The notes: generated by a model not told the origin, from the letters alone. 64,000 nucleotides of DNA from Octopus sinensis (GCF_006345805.1 NC_043003.1:66960001-67024000), one strand, 5' to 3'. Positions 40,395-55,305 are shown, counted from the first letter of the stretch. Translations and numbers: made by a program.

Positions 40395-40887
40395 ACGAGC
40401 TGGCAGAGCTTTTTGGATGCAGGCGAAACCATCACGGCGGAGAAGTACTGTCAGCAAATGGATAAAATGCATAAGAAACTCCGACAACAGTCAGCATTGG
40501 TCAAGAGAAACGGACTAATTCTTCCCCATGACAACGCTCGGCCGCACGTCGCGCAACTGACCCTACAGAAGTTGAACGAATCGAGTTACGAAACTCTGCC
40601 TCATCCGACATACACGCCAAACCTCTCGCCTACCGACTACCACTTTTTCAAGCATCTCGACAACTTCCTGTGTGAGAAATGCTTCAAAAACCAAGACGAT
40701 GCCAAACTCGCCTTCAACGACTTCATCGTCACCAGAACGCTACTGGCATAAATAAATTTGTTTCGCGTTGGCAAAAGTGTGTTGATTCTGCTGGTGTTTA
40801 TTTGGATTAATAAAGTTTTGTTTGAGCCGAGGTATGAGCATCTGAATTTAAAGGTTAACAACCGCAAGAGCTTTCTTGACAACTTAA
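40395..40887 (+). mobile_element. 5'-truncated mariner (cecropia/Hsmar1-like) with DD34D C-terminal half and right TIR
   Basis: ORF 40341..40751: ETITAEKYCQQ...HDNARPH-(34)-PNLSPTDYHFFKHLDNFL; right end AACCGCAAGAGCTTTCTTGACAACTTAA resembles an Hsmar1-type TIR. Confidence 0.88.
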
Positions 40888-41689
40888 AATGGCGGAAATA
40901 AGGACCGAAAGTCATCCTACAGTAAAGATCTTGCCCAAATCTCTTATCTTTTGTCTCTTGCCTCAGTCATTGTATACCGGTCATGCTAGAACATCGCCTT
41001 CAAGGATTTTTAGTTGAACAGATCGTCCAAGTACTCAAATTAATGTCTTACCCTCTTTTGCCGAACTGCTCAGTTACGGGAGCATAAACAGTTCAACATC
41101 GGTTACCAAGCAATGGGATTAGCAAATTCAGGCACAGAGACACACACATACACATACGCACGTGTGTGCGACTCACACATGCACACACACTATAAGCGAT
41201 GGGTTTCCGCACAGTTTCCGTTTACAAAATCACTCACAAAGCATTGGTCGACCCTAGACTATAGTAGAAGACACTTGCTGAAGATGCCGAGCAGTGGGAC
41301 TGAACTCAGAACCATGTGGTTGCAAAACAAGATTCTCAACCACTCAGCCAAAGACAACCACGGCTTAACTGATTCTGTTAAGAACAGTCAAATGATTTTA
41401 TCTACAATTCAAAGTATCATATGACTGGCGACACACAATTCAGAATCTTGTTAAAGTTCATTATTTACAGTTGACTGATATTTGTCCCCATATTGCTTGT
41501 TGTTAACACATTTCGGCTGATATATAATGTAAATAATGTAAATAATGTACATAATTCCTCATCTCTTAAATATAGAACCTTGTTAGAGTTGCTGGAGATG
41601 AACTGGTTAGTTACATGAAAATAAAAGTTTTGTTTGTTGTTGTTATTTGTTCCTTCTCGATTCATGCTTGGCTCATAAGGGCCGGTTTC

Positions 41690-41947
41690 CCGGTTTCACT
41701 TGCGTACAGGTACCCCACCTGGACGGGACGCTAGTCTGTCTCATGTGAGCTGCTAGATGCAGGAGGAGAGAGTGAGAAAAAGTTGTGGCGAATGAGTCAT
41801 CAGCAGTTCGCCATTACCTTCTGCCGGAGCCGCGTGGAGCTTAGCTGTTTCGCTCATAAAATCACAGTTCTCCCGGTCTGAGATTCGCACTAGCGATCCC
41901 ACGACCGCGAGTCCTCTGCTCTAACCACTACGTCACGTGCCTCCACA
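41690..41947 (-). mobile_element. SINE family 4 (tRNA head plus CCTGGACGGGACGCTAGTC tail)
   Basis: Reverse-complement head CTCTAACCACTA...GTGCCTCCAC and tail ACCCCACCTGGACGGGACGCTAGTC. Confidence 0.6.
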
Positions 41948-42132
41948 GAAGTTTTGCTTAGTATCTCCATATTGGAATTGGTAAGACATTTAGCCGTTTC
42001 CCTATCCTTTGCTCACTAATGCACTTCAAGCAAACAAAATCCAAGAAGCTTCATATACCCTCCACAAAGCTTTTTAACCTTTAATCCAAGGGGAGTAATA
42101 AAAATAAATTTCCAACAGCTTATAGCCAATAC

Positions 42133-42287
42133 AGTTCTATATTTGAGAGATGAGGAATTATGTACATTATTTACATTTGACGGATATTTATCCATAACGT
42201 TTCGGCTGATATACCCTCCAGCCTTCATCAGGTGTTTTGGGGGAAATTTCGAACTTGGGTTCTCATTCCTAAGGTATTTTTAGATGT

Positions 42288-42347
<60 letters not shown>

Positions 42348-42518
42348 TATAATAATAATAATAATAGCAACAACAACAACAACAACATGAATGAGAAAGA
42401 GGTTCGAAATTTTCCCAAGACACCTGATGAAGGCTGGTGGGTATATCAGCCGAAACGTTGTGTTAACAACAAACAAAATGAGGACAAATGTCCATCAAGT
42501 GCAAATAATGTAAATAAA
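42133..42518. mobile_element. Divergent inverted pair of a Penelope-like non-autonomous element around (TAA)n(CAA)n; further copies 41465-41590 and 55390-55520
   Basis: 42133-42290 is the reverse complement of 42388-42518 (GGTTCGAAATTT.CCCAAGACACCTGATGAAGGCTGG.GGGTATATCAGCCGAAACGTT). Confidence 0.85.
42419..42464 (+). ncRNA. Minimal PLE-type hammerhead ribozyme motif
   Basis: GACAC CTGATGA A GGCTGG TGGGTATA TCAGCC GAAACGT T GTGTT: stem I GACAC/GTGTT, one extra base after A9, 6-bp stem II, palindromic ACGT stem III, GUU site. Confidence 0.7.
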
Positions 42519-42909
42519 GCTCATAGCCATCAAATATAATTCTACGTTGATATGCCCCGAAGAGTATTAAATACGCGTTTCATATAACTGTCTCTGTAGA
42601 TAGAAATAATATGTTTCGTATTCTTCACATCAACATTATTTCATTCTGAAGAAGAACAATAATCCGAAGCACAATATTTGTCAGACTTCATTCGGATATT
42701 TTAAGGCTTGACTTTGCCGACGCTGATTTTCATCAACGTCTTTCGATTCTGGTTCTTAGTTTAATTTTTAACATTTCGATTAATTTTATGCTCAGTCACT
42801 TTTGAAATCTATGAATAGAGGTTTTGTATGTTTTCCACAAAGAAAATTTTCGGATTGAGACATACGCCTACGCGCACATATCTAAATATGAGTTCATAAT
42901 GGAATCCAG

Positions 42910-43143
42910 AGGGGTGTTTTTGCTAACTGCATTCAAACTTGGCCAAATGCACTTTTTTCAGTATTTATTTTTGCTTGCAATAGCCGGTTCTTTTGGTCAA
43001 ACTATCTTAACTCCAGCAGCTTCAGATGCCAAGATATCAAAAATTGTCAACGGTTTTTGCTATAGAATGGTAAAACTTTTTTTTTTTCGTTTTCTGAAAA
43101 AGTAACGTCTTGGAGTTACGACACTTTTTGCATAATAGCAACG
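42910..43143. mobile_element. MITE family with short GTT(G/A)CTATTAT termini; more complete copy at 52420-52666
   Basis: Both loci share ATTTATTTTTGCTT..AA..G.GGTTCTTTTGGTCA...TTACGACACTTTTTGCATAATAGCAAC; the 52420 copy has both inverted ends. Confidence 0.7.
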
Positions 43144-44204
43144 ATATATATGTGTATGTGTGGGTTTAGTGTGTGGGTGTGTGAGTGTATTTATATATGT
43201 GTATGTATATATGTACATACCCACACAGAGACACACGTATATATGCACAAATGCATACATATATAGATACATACGCAAACACACTTTATATGCGTTTCAG
43301 TTTTCGTCCCCTGTGTGTCTGCTTGGTGTAAAGAAAATATAGTCTTTCTACAAAGTGCTAATTATGAATGCATTTGCGGAAGTAATTTTATCTAATAAAG
43401 AAACCGAGAATATAATGGCTCTTTTAAGAATGTAATATTTTCACAGATATCTTTTATTCTCTGTACATTCAATATATTTCGAGTTCCATGTCTGTATAAA
43501 AAGAAAGCTTACTTTCAATCCGTGAGTTTGAAATAACGTTATAAATAATCTACGAAGAGAAAACATTGCCATGCCGTTCAATATATTTTACGAGAGTTAA
43601 TATAAGAAATCATATACAGATACGATGAATAAGTGATTCAGGATATATACTGCAAGCGATTATAAATGTGTCGTGTGTGTGTGTGTGTGTGTGTGTGTAA
43701 TACTTATTAGGTACATAAATCTTGTCTAAGTCTTTTCTTTACTCCATGTATTTTTCTCTTCTTTTCTTTTGTATTGTTTGGGACAACAGCCAAAAATAAA
43801 ACATAAAAATAAACTTCCTTGCTTTTTATATTTCTGTTTTCGTCGTTTCAGCAATATTGCGATTATAATCCGGCGAGTGGATAAATTCTTATTCTGGCGT
43901 ATTAAATGGTTTGCGATAGTAAGCTACGTGCTATTGCTTTCTCAGTTCAAATTCTACTGCGGTCGGCTTTGCCTTTCATCCTATGCCAGATCGATAAAAT
44001 ACAGTATCAATCAACTAATGTGTTCGAATTAATCGATTGTTCCGCCCCTCCGCCTGAAAATTTATCGCTCTCTGCCAGGATTATTAATTCTTAACTGAGT
44101 CAGTTGTGCTAAATTTTTACTGAACTATTTATATCGTTTGAAATAAATTACGTTTTATTGTTTCACGAGCGTAGGAGTGGCTGTGTGGTTAGTAGCTTAC
44201 TTAC

Positions 44205-45125
44205 TTCAGTACAGAGTGGACGCGTTTTTTTCGCGGTGGAAGTCACGTCGGTGTGGGTCATCTAGCTTTTTTTTTTGGCGGGGTGGACCTAGTGGAGGTC
44301 TGTTGCTCGTATTATTATTTTTTTTTCGAACAAGAAGTCCCCACTGGGTTCCATGCATTTGTCTTCCAGTGGTCGTGCTTAAAGTCTCACTTAGTTGTGA
44401 GAAGTGTGTTTTGGGAGGCGTATCCCTCCTGAAAATTGTATTATTTTAACTGCTATTTTTGAATGGCATTTCTAGCTGTTTTTGTGTCCGTGGATTACCA
44501 TTTTTGGCCAAGACTACCGGGAGGGCCAGGAAAATTAATGTTTTTTGTGTCTCACTTAATTTTGAGAAACCAAAATCGAAATTTTGTGCTGCGACGGAAC
44601 AATGTGGATTACCAGAGCAGCAGAATTGTGTTGCCATTTGAACTGTCTTCCTTCGTTCAGTTTCTCTCCTCTGTCTTTCCATTCTTTTTGGTGTTTATTA
44701 TTGACTGCAGCTGACTGGGTGAGGTCAAAAGCAATTTTGATCCTATGGACCCAATCAGCAGATGATCCGGCTTTGCCAGATTTTTTAACAATGGCCAGGT
44801 GCAGGTACACGGTGATCTTTGAGGGACGCCCCCAAGTGTCACCTGTGCCTGGAATTGGGCCACATAAAGAGGAACTGCCGCCGGGACCAAGCAAAGGTCC
44901 TGGAAAGGTTAATAGAAGAAGAGCCCCCTGGTACCCCATTGGAGGGAGGGAGGGAGGGAGGAAGTCGAGGGGTGGCAAACCGCTCGAAAAAGAAAGGGAG
45001 AAAAAGAAAGAAGGTGGGCTACAATGGTTGCCCATCAATGGATCCTGAGGCGGCAGGAGGAATGGAAGGACCTCCAAACAAGACAGAGGAACTCCACCCT
45101 CGCATCGTAAAGGAAAGGCGGAAAT
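44205..45125 (+). mobile_element. Non-LTR retrotransposon 5' region and degenerate ORF1 with CCHC zinc knuckle (L1/Tx1-like)
   Basis: Joining ORF 44584.. and 44819.. across one frameshift gives LPDFLTMARCRYTVIFEGRP.KCHLCLELGHIKRNC (C-x2-C-x4-H-x4-C), followed by a basic low-complexity tail. Confidence 0.7.
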
Positions 45126-45149
45126 GATAAAAGAAGAAGGGAACATTGC

Positions 45150-45405
45150 CGATGGTTGATTGTGACTTGTCGGCATGCTTGGAAGCTTTGTCGGTGGGAT
45201 ATGCTTTGATGCAGTCCTGGAAACTTTCGTCGGAACAAGTACAGCCGATCCATGTCACTCTCAGGGTGGAAGGCTCCGTGAACTGTCAACATTTTTCTGA
45301 TCTTGGTATCCATTTCCTTCATTCCTCACTTTTCCCATTTTATAATTCCTGCTCCATACCGAACTGATGCTAACTCCCATGTATTAACTACTTGGATTTT
45401 ATTCC
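45150..45405 (-). mobile_element. R4/Dong-like LINE RT C-terminal fragment
   Basis: Translation VNTWELASVRYGAGIIKW..MKEMDTKIRKMLTVHGAFHPESDMDRLYL matches the R4-clade INTWAVPxLRYxAGIIxW...LDRKTRKxLTxHxxLHPKSDxDRLYL pattern as recalled. Confidence 0.7.
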
Positions 45406-45435
45406 ATACAGTCAAGTATTATTACTATTATTATT

Positions 45436-46726
<1,291 letters not shown>

Positions 46727-47255
46727 CGACATCATTATTACTAATTTATCTCTGTTGCATTATTTGTTCATTCGTTTAATATTTTTTGCTTTGTTTTGTA
46801 TTTTTCGTTATACGTTTGGCATCTAAGTACATCTGTGTTGGTATGCGCACGTATGTTTGTGTCTGTATCTCTACGCATGCATTTACGCGTCCGTGCGCTT
46901 CTTCTATGTGCGTCCTCATGTAATACATGCGTTTTGTTGTACGCATGCATGTACTTACTTAAAGAAGAGGTCGTGATTCTAATTCTGTAAATCTTTTATG
47001 GATTTCATTTCATAACTGATTTATTACTTTGATTATTTTCGTATTCAACAATCGTAATAATGTTTTTATATATTTTTATAGATACATTATATTTTTTATT
47101 TATTTTTTTCTACTATTATTTTGGACAGCGGTTGGGCGCGTGTTACAGAAGGAGGAGCGGAAGGCGGTGATTTATATCGAATATATAATGTAATGCACTA
47201 TAGTGACCGGGATGTTATCTTTCGCTTTTTAGTTGTTTTTCTTTCGTTTGCTAAA

Positions 47256-47338
<83 letters not shown>

Positions 47339-47355
47339 TAATAATAATAATAATG

Positions 47356-47389
<34 letters not shown>

Positions 47390-47433
47390 TAATGATAGTA
47401 ATAATAATAATAATAATGATAGTAACGATATTG

Positions 47434-47473
<40 letters not shown>

Positions 47474-47509
47474 TAATAATAATAATAATGATAGTAATAA
47501 TAATGATAA

Positions 47510-47540
<31 letters not shown>

Positions 47541-47557
47541 AGTAATAATAATGATAG

Positions 47558-47597
<40 letters not shown>

Positions 47598-47703
47598 GAT
47601 AGTAATAATACTAATAATAATAATAATAACAACAACAACAACAACAATAATATTAATAATAATTATAATGATACTAATAATAATAATAAATGATAATGAT
47701 AAC

Positions 47704-47742
<39 letters not shown>

Positions 47743-47939
47743 ATGATGTTGATGATGATGATGATGATGATGACGATCAGAAACGGCAAGAACAACAACA
47801 ACAAATGTAGCAATTGTAATAATAATAAAAATGGTATAGGGACTTAGTCACTTCTGACTTACGGTATGGAGGGCTTGATACGCCATATTTGTTGATTCGC
47901 TTTCTTTTCTTTCGTGTCAATATTCTGTGTTTGTGCATT

Positions 47940-47990
<51 letters not shown>

Positions 47991-48328
47991 TATGTATGCA
48001 TACGCATTTATATGTATGCATATATACGTACACACACACACACATATAGATATATATATATATATATATATCTGTGTGTGTATGCGCGCATACATGTTAT
48101 TATTACCGTCATTATTATTATTATCATTATTATTATTATTATTACTATCATTATTACTATTATTTCTATTATTATTGATATCTACATTCCATTGTTTTTA
48201 TAGAGCTGTGCGTAAGTATGTACGTATGTATATACATATATATATATATATATATACTTATATATACAGTATATGCAAACATATACACACACACAAACAT
48301 AATACATACATATATACATACATATATA

Positions 48329-48368
<40 letters not shown>

Positions 48369-49989
48369 TATATATATTCAAAATTATAAGACAAAGAGTA
48401 GCATCTTTAATGATCAGTTTTACAACTGTTTCTGTACCAACTCTGCTTTCAACGCCAGTTTATGCAAACATCCGATGTGAAAATTTACGTAATATTTGTG
48501 ACTTTAGATACAAGTGTGGCACCTCATAAGATTTATATCAAATGTTCCCCTTTATACCGTGCAAGTTCCAGACTTTTTGTTTTTGCTTATATGGGGAGGA
48601 CACAAAAAAATAAATATTTATTTATAAGTAAATAGAAGCTTCTTACCAAACAATGACGACTACTTAGATATTTCTGTATGTTTGTGAGACAGTATCTTTG
48701 TGCACCAATAACTTCTCTAATGCTGCTGTCGATTATTTTCTTAAATTAAACAAAGCTGCACAGTATTTAATATGAAGTAATAACTAGGATCATCGAATAT
48801 GGTGCATGCCCTCATGTCTGAAGGAAATGTCGAGCCAATTACATCGACTGCGATACTTGACTTATATTTTATTTTAGCAACTCATGAATGATGAAAAGTA
48901 ACATTTGAAGCAGGAAATTAAGACCCAGTAGCTCTTTTCTAATCTTTTGTTCTTTACTTCTTTTCAGTCGTTTGATAGCGGTCATGCTGGGGCACCGCCT
49001 AATTATTTAGCTATTGGCTTTTTACTAGGTACTTTTCTGATTCCGCGAATCCACTTCCTTAGTACCAAACATTGGAGGCTTTGTGGAAAGAAGTTACGCG
49101 AAACAAGCAATTAAATAAAAGAAAACAAATCGGTCGTTCTCATCTCCTTTGATTCAGCAATACAGGACAGTCAATCAGTAATACATTAGTTACAAATTTT
49201 GGTACAAGGCCTTCAATTTTGATGGAGTACTCAACAGGTACCTATCTTATCGACTCCGAAAGGATGAAAAGAAAAGTCGACCGCGGCGGCATTTGAACTC
49301 AAACCGCAAAAGAGACAAAATGTCGCTAAGCATTTTGTCCGGCGTGGTAACGGTTCTGCCAGCTCGCCGCTTTAATGAGTCAGTAATTTATTACTAAGGC
49401 AATGAAAGCCTTGGCCATTTCTGATTGACCTTTCAGGGAGCTGATACCCAGTTAATTTCGCAGAGGGATCAACCACTTTTTGTGTCCTCAGTCAATTTAC
49501 TTTGCATTGTAGCAGAACCATGCAAATTAAACAAACTCTAATAAAACAACCCCCGAGTGTCGAGCTGCCAGTCTACGAACTTGGGTTCGTTAATGTGTGT
49601 TCATATTATTACAACCTTTGAAGGCTGAGTAGTGGAATCGTTAGCATGCCGTACAAAATATTGAGCAGCATTTCTTCCGGTTTTACCTTTTCAGATCAAA
49701 TTCCGCTGAGGTCAACTTAACTTTTTATCCTTTCAAAATCAGCAAAATAAGTACCAGATGAGCCCTGGGCTCGAGGAAATCGACTAGCCCCTTCCTACAA
49801 TATTTCAGGTCTTATGCCTATAGTAGAAAGAATTGGTATATCCTATTCGTTCCATATGATGATGTCCACTCAGATTCTGAGATGTTTGACAGTATTACAG
49901 TGGTGTTATCAACGTATACTGTAAGGACATTTCTCTGATCTTAAAGCGTGATTCTCCACAGAGAAGTTTAACTTTAACTTTTACTTTAG

Positions 49990-50083
49990 TGGTCCAAAAT
50001 CCACACCTTGTGAAATCGCCATCGAGCAGACAGCACCGTACACAAAAGCAACTCAGCTTGTAAAAGCGGGACCAAAGCAAAAG
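49990..50083 (+). CDS. Candidate 94-bp internal exon of an unidentified gene (GPKSTPCEIAIEQTAPYTKATQLVKAGPKQK)
   Basis: TTTAAC branch-like motif, pyrimidine tract and TTTAG acceptor (49989); AAG|GTAAAA donor (50083); exactly one open frame. No homology recognised. Confidence 0.22.
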
Positions 50084-51191
50084 GTAAAAGTATTTTAGCA
50101 ACAATATTTGACTCGGTCGAAATCATGAACCTGATCAAATTTGATGAAAGCCTTACCGAATCAGATTTATTACGTAGCATCTGTATGAAGCATTTATATC
50201 ATGTGGAAGTTGTCTTGAATAGCTCTTTTTTTTTTCTCGAATTACATAAATCCGTGCTGTACCACTTATAAACATCGACCTGTCAACACCTTAGTCGCAA
50301 TCTTTAAATCTCTGTATAGCAGATTTATGAATGTGATATTACCAATGACGTACCTGCACTTCTAATCCCTTCTGAAAGCCACGACTAGTGCCCAGTTCAC
50401 ACAATTAGAAACGCTTAAAGTCTACTGCCATTTATGATATGTGTTAATATAGACGGTAGTAAACACTGAAGCACACACGCACGCACACACACGCACTCAC
50501 GCACACGCACACATACTCACACATATATGTATGTACATAAGTTTATGGGTTGACCATTGAAACGTAGCGATTTTCCGATAATATTGGTTTCAAATTTCGG
50601 AGCAGGGCTTAAGTCGATTACATTGTTCAACTGACAATTATTTTATCCATTTCCGAAAGAATGAAAAGCAATGGCGACCTCGACAGTAATTTGACTCATG
50701 ACGTAAAAAATGTGCTAACGATTCTGCAAGCTCTCCGCCTGATATTAATAATTGTTTCCAAGTTGAGCAAACTGCCAACAATTTTCTGAGGAATAGGTTA
50801 GTCGATCCTATCAACTCGAATATTTCACTGTTTTTTTTTTTATAACTTCGCTAAGCGATGAAAAGTTAAGACTTTCCCAGCGGGAGAAATGTACTTTTAG
50901 CGCTCGAAATAAATTCCGGAATAAAATTTTGTTAGACGCTCCACCAATTCTGTCGACCAAGATTGATATATGAAAATGACATCACTATGATATTCAAACT
51001 TGCCTCTTTAGACTGATGAGGAAACCAAACATAATATTCCACATAAATAGCATTTAAAGATGAGGAAATATATTCTCCCTGTCATATACATTTAGATACC
51101 CTACGATTAAAAAGGTTGTCAAAGAACATTCTAAAAGCTTTCAAACTATAAGCATTTCAAAATGGAAATAAGTAGGATATTAATTCCTTCT

Positions 51192-51440
51192 TTAGGTGCC
51201 ATATCCAGAATATAGGGCATAGGGGATCATGTCCTGCCACAATTCTCTATTTTTGGCTTTCTGCAACTGTCCTACTTTTTGATATTTAATGTCTCTTGTT
51301 CCCAACCAGTTCGTCAAACTTGACATCCATATCATCTTTCAGCTTCCCTTATTTCTTTTCTCTTCAGTCTTTCCGGTCATAACTAAATTCCCCAGGCCAT
51401 CTTTCTTCATCACGTGACCAAGAAATCTCAGTTGCTTGGC
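51192..51440 (-). mobile_element. RTE-clade LINE ORF C-terminus
   Basis: Translation KQLRFLGHVMKKDGLGNLVMTGKTEEKRNKGS*KMIWMSSL...KAKNRELWQDMI....GYGT*, typical RTE terminal motif. Confidence 0.8.
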
Positions 51441-52172
51441 CCCTTGTATCCCGAAGGAGTTACGTATTTACCGCGACCCAGGTCATCGCTTCTGCACTAG
51501 ACACTTTGTCCATGCTGTCCTCAGTTATATACGTCAGTGGAAACAGTGCTGGGACTAAGGACATATGAAAATAAGAACTAGAACAAAAATGGATAATAAT
51601 CCGAGGGATCACTTTTTACACGCTGTCCTAAAGATACCCTAATAATTCAGGTACAGATTCTATTGAAAACATTTTCCCATTCAGTAACACAACTCACTTA
51701 GCGGCGATCCTAAACAATTGCTTGCCAATAACAAAACTTTAAATGCAAAACATTAAAATAACACAAGAAATAACGAAAAGAAAACCGACACACAGAAAGC
51801 AAATTGGATCTAACACGCACATTGACGGATATACACAAAAACATAGGCATAAACTCGCATGCATAGAAACACGCACTCTTCTACTTCATCACAAATCGAT
51901 ATTGCACATTGCTGACAAAATACAGAGCGGAACCTAATGGTGCAGTTGAAAAATTCGCTTAAAACTACTGGAAACATGAACATAATGATAATGATATTAA
52001 CAGCCTGATAATCTTAGCCATGCGTCAATGCTCTGGTGCACTTCTTCAGTTATTTTTTCTCATTTAGATTTTTTTTTTGCTGAGATTCATCAGCCATCAT
52101 CGTCTCTCTCCTCCTCCTCCTCCTCCTCCTCCTCTCCTCTCATCATCATCATCATCATCATCATTATCATCC

Positions 52173-52208
<36 letters not shown>

Positions 52209-53002
52209 CCATCATCATCACCATCATCATCGTCGTCGCCGTCTTCAGTTACACGGAAAACTACAACAACAGTTACGTTTTGAGCATAATCAACGTCGTT
52301 AAATTCTCTTAAGTAACATACAACCTCAATTAGTATAAATACATGTGTTTGTATTGTATGGTAGGTAAGTGTGTATATATGCATATACAGGCACACATTA
52401 ATACCTATACATACATATCGTTACTATTATCTCAAACTGTCGTATGTCCAAATTTGGCCAGATGCGTTTTTATTTTCAATATTTATTTTTGCTTCCAAAG
52501 CGGGTTCTTTTGGTCAGACTATTGTATCTCCAATTACTTCCGATGTCCAAATATAAAAAATTGTCAAAGTTTAATACAACGGTTTTACTATGGAATGGTG
52601 AAACTAATTTCCACTTTCTGTAAAAGCAACGTTTAGGACTTACGACACTTTTGCATAATAGCAACCTTATATATTTATATATATATACATATTTATACAT
52701 ATATATTTATACATACGTGGAGTGTATGAAAGATTTTGAGCCTTGAAGTCTTGTACCTTCATCAGAAATCTTGTACCATGATTGTTTTTCTGAGGCTCAA
52801 GACTTTTCATACACCTCTTGTGTATATGTATACATACATATATACTTAAGTATGTGTGCGTGTGTGTATGTGTGTGTATGTGTGTGTATGTACTTTACAT
52901 ACATGCGTACGTATATACATAAACACACGAATATATATCGTAAATATTACTATAGTGAGAAATTGCCTGTCGATTGTTTTTATATCTTGAAATTTTCAAT
53001 AG

Positions 53003-53130
53003 TACAGTAATCCCTCGATTATCGCGGGTTCCAAAAAACCTCCCACAGATCTAAAAAAAATATAAATACATGTCGTTCGCAGAGACCTGCGATATACTGA
53101 TGAGTTCGCGATATAAATTTACATAAACTT
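53003..53130 (+). mobile_element. Tigger/pogo-like MITE left end
   Basis: TA-CAGTAATCCCTCGATTATCGCGG terminus. Confidence 0.5.
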
Positions 53131-53134
53131 ATTT

Positions 53135-53826
53135 GGAAATGGATGCGTGGCGTTCAATTAAATTATAATACAAATAATATATATGTGCACATATAGGTGC
53201 AGGACGTCACCAACAGTAAACAACATGAAACACGAATATAAATAAGTTGAATACGCAAGTAACGAGAGAAAAAATGGAAAACAGGACAAGTAATACAGAG
53301 AACGACCCTTCATCAGTTGTCGGCTATCTGTCTGATCCTCATTTCGAGCAGTCGACAATATGAGTCTTCAAAGACAGTTTCCCCCGTAAATACTATAAAT
53401 TTTTGGATTTATGGAGGGTCAAAGTTGTGAACAAAAACAGGACAGTGGAGACATACAGGGAAACCGAACGAAAACAAACATGGAGGGTCGTTAGACCAGA
53501 ACGAAAGGAAAATAGTGAATGCTGAGAGAAATATTTTCTTTGAAAAGAGAAAAGATAGAAGAAAGAGATATAAGACGTCCAGTCCTTAGAACGTCCGTGC
53601 AGGAAAAGAAAGATAGTCGCGTGAGGAAAATAAAGATGGACGCTGGTCACGTGTGAGAAACGAGAGAAAGAAGAAGAGAAAGAAAGGAAGAAAGAGAGAG
53701 AGAAAGAGAGAGACAGATAGAAAACAGTGAAGGGGAGAAAATGGAATTAGAATAGAGTCGCATCAAAAAGGTTAAGATAAACTGACTCGGAAATGGATAT
53801 GTGGCGTTCAATTATATAATAATATA

Positions 53827-53879
<53 letters not shown>

Positions 53880-53910
53880 GCATATATGGGTACAAGACGT
53901 CGCCAACAGC
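53135..53910. mobile_element. Element with terminal direct repeats (pseudo-LTR-like; 53135-53215 and 53789-53910)
   Basis: GGAAATGGAT..GTGGCGTTCAATTA...GACGTC.CCAACAG repeated about 654 bp apart; CTGATGAAGGG on the minus strand near 53310. Confidence 0.6.
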
Positions 53911-55012
53911 ATTTAACTCATTTGATTTCGTATTTCATGTTATCTACTGTTGGTGTCCTCCTGTACCGAATTCCACCGTAGTTGACTACCCCTCATCTTT
54001 TCGGGATCTACAAAATAGGTACCAGATGATTAACGGGGCCAACTAATTCACTACTCCCGAGCTAGTTGCCCTTTTTTCCAAAATTCGAAGACAATAATAT
54101 GTTACTCTATAAGAAGAGGGTACCACCAAACTGAATAGAAAGTTAACTGAAAGTGGATTTAGGGTCTAGCTTTTAGTACTGAGATGAGAGTATTTTTAGA
54201 GTCAATAAACTTGATACATCAATGTCTGGGATTACTGATAGATGGCGACACTGAACAAATCGGGTGTTTTCACACCTTTTACCACGAGAGAAATATTTTC
54301 TCCATGGTATCTGCAGTATATTTGACTTTTAGCAGTTGAAATGTGTCACAAACATATTTAGACTAACCTAAACTTTGTATATGCCGAAACACTGCTTGGC
54401 ACTAACATTTCGTTAAAATTTTAATACTGCCAGTAATTGAAGTCTACAATATTGATAACAAAAGGTTAGATGCTACATCTCCCCCAGATCGTTACTTCCT
54501 CCTCTGTCTCGCAATACGTCCCAACTTATCACCCAAACACCGTGCCACCAACATGTATTTCTCCGAATTAACAGCCTCGTTAAAACGTATTCCACTCGTT
54601 TGTCTCCTTCTTCGGCACTTTGACTAATATATATACTCGACTCCGTTGGTCACGAATGACCAGATGTGCACATAAAAGGTTTCCTCTGAGACGCAAGTCT
54701 GGGCGAAAAGTGGCTTCACCGGCGAACGCATAACCGGAGGTTGTTTTTATGAAAGATCAGCGGTCACCATTGCATACCAGCCTACCTTTTCCACGCCTCC
54801 AATGTTATCCAAGAGAGAGACAAAGGTCGATACAGCTTGGCACCAATGGCGTTGAATCTCATTTCTACAGCTGAGTGAACTAGAGCAACGTGAAATAAAA
54901 TCTCTTGCTCAAGACAAAGAGCACAACACGCAGCCCGGTCCGAGAATCGAACTCAAAACCATACGATCATAAGCTCGACGCTCAAACCACTGAACCATAA
55001 GCCTTCACGATT

Positions 55013-55080
<68 letters not shown>

Positions 55081-55082
<2 letters not shown>

Positions 55083-55305
55083 GCGAGAAAGAAGCAACAA
55101 GAATGGATAGGTTTTTAGTACGATCGTTTCATACAAGGACAGGTTTTATTAAAAGTTGCAAAGATTACAGCATATAAACGAGTCCCGTACTCATCAGCTA
55201 AAATACATGTAAGTTCTCTAGACATCCTAGTGTTTGAGGCTATACTCATGAAGTAATGTAGATAATTAAACAGATAATTAAACAGATTTCTAAAGTTCAT
55301 TAAAG

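Noticed and set aside
44556-45176. 206-aa minus-strand ORF as a host gene
   Set aside because: It is antisense to the zinc-knuckle ORF1 relic and spans the junction of two different LINE fragments.
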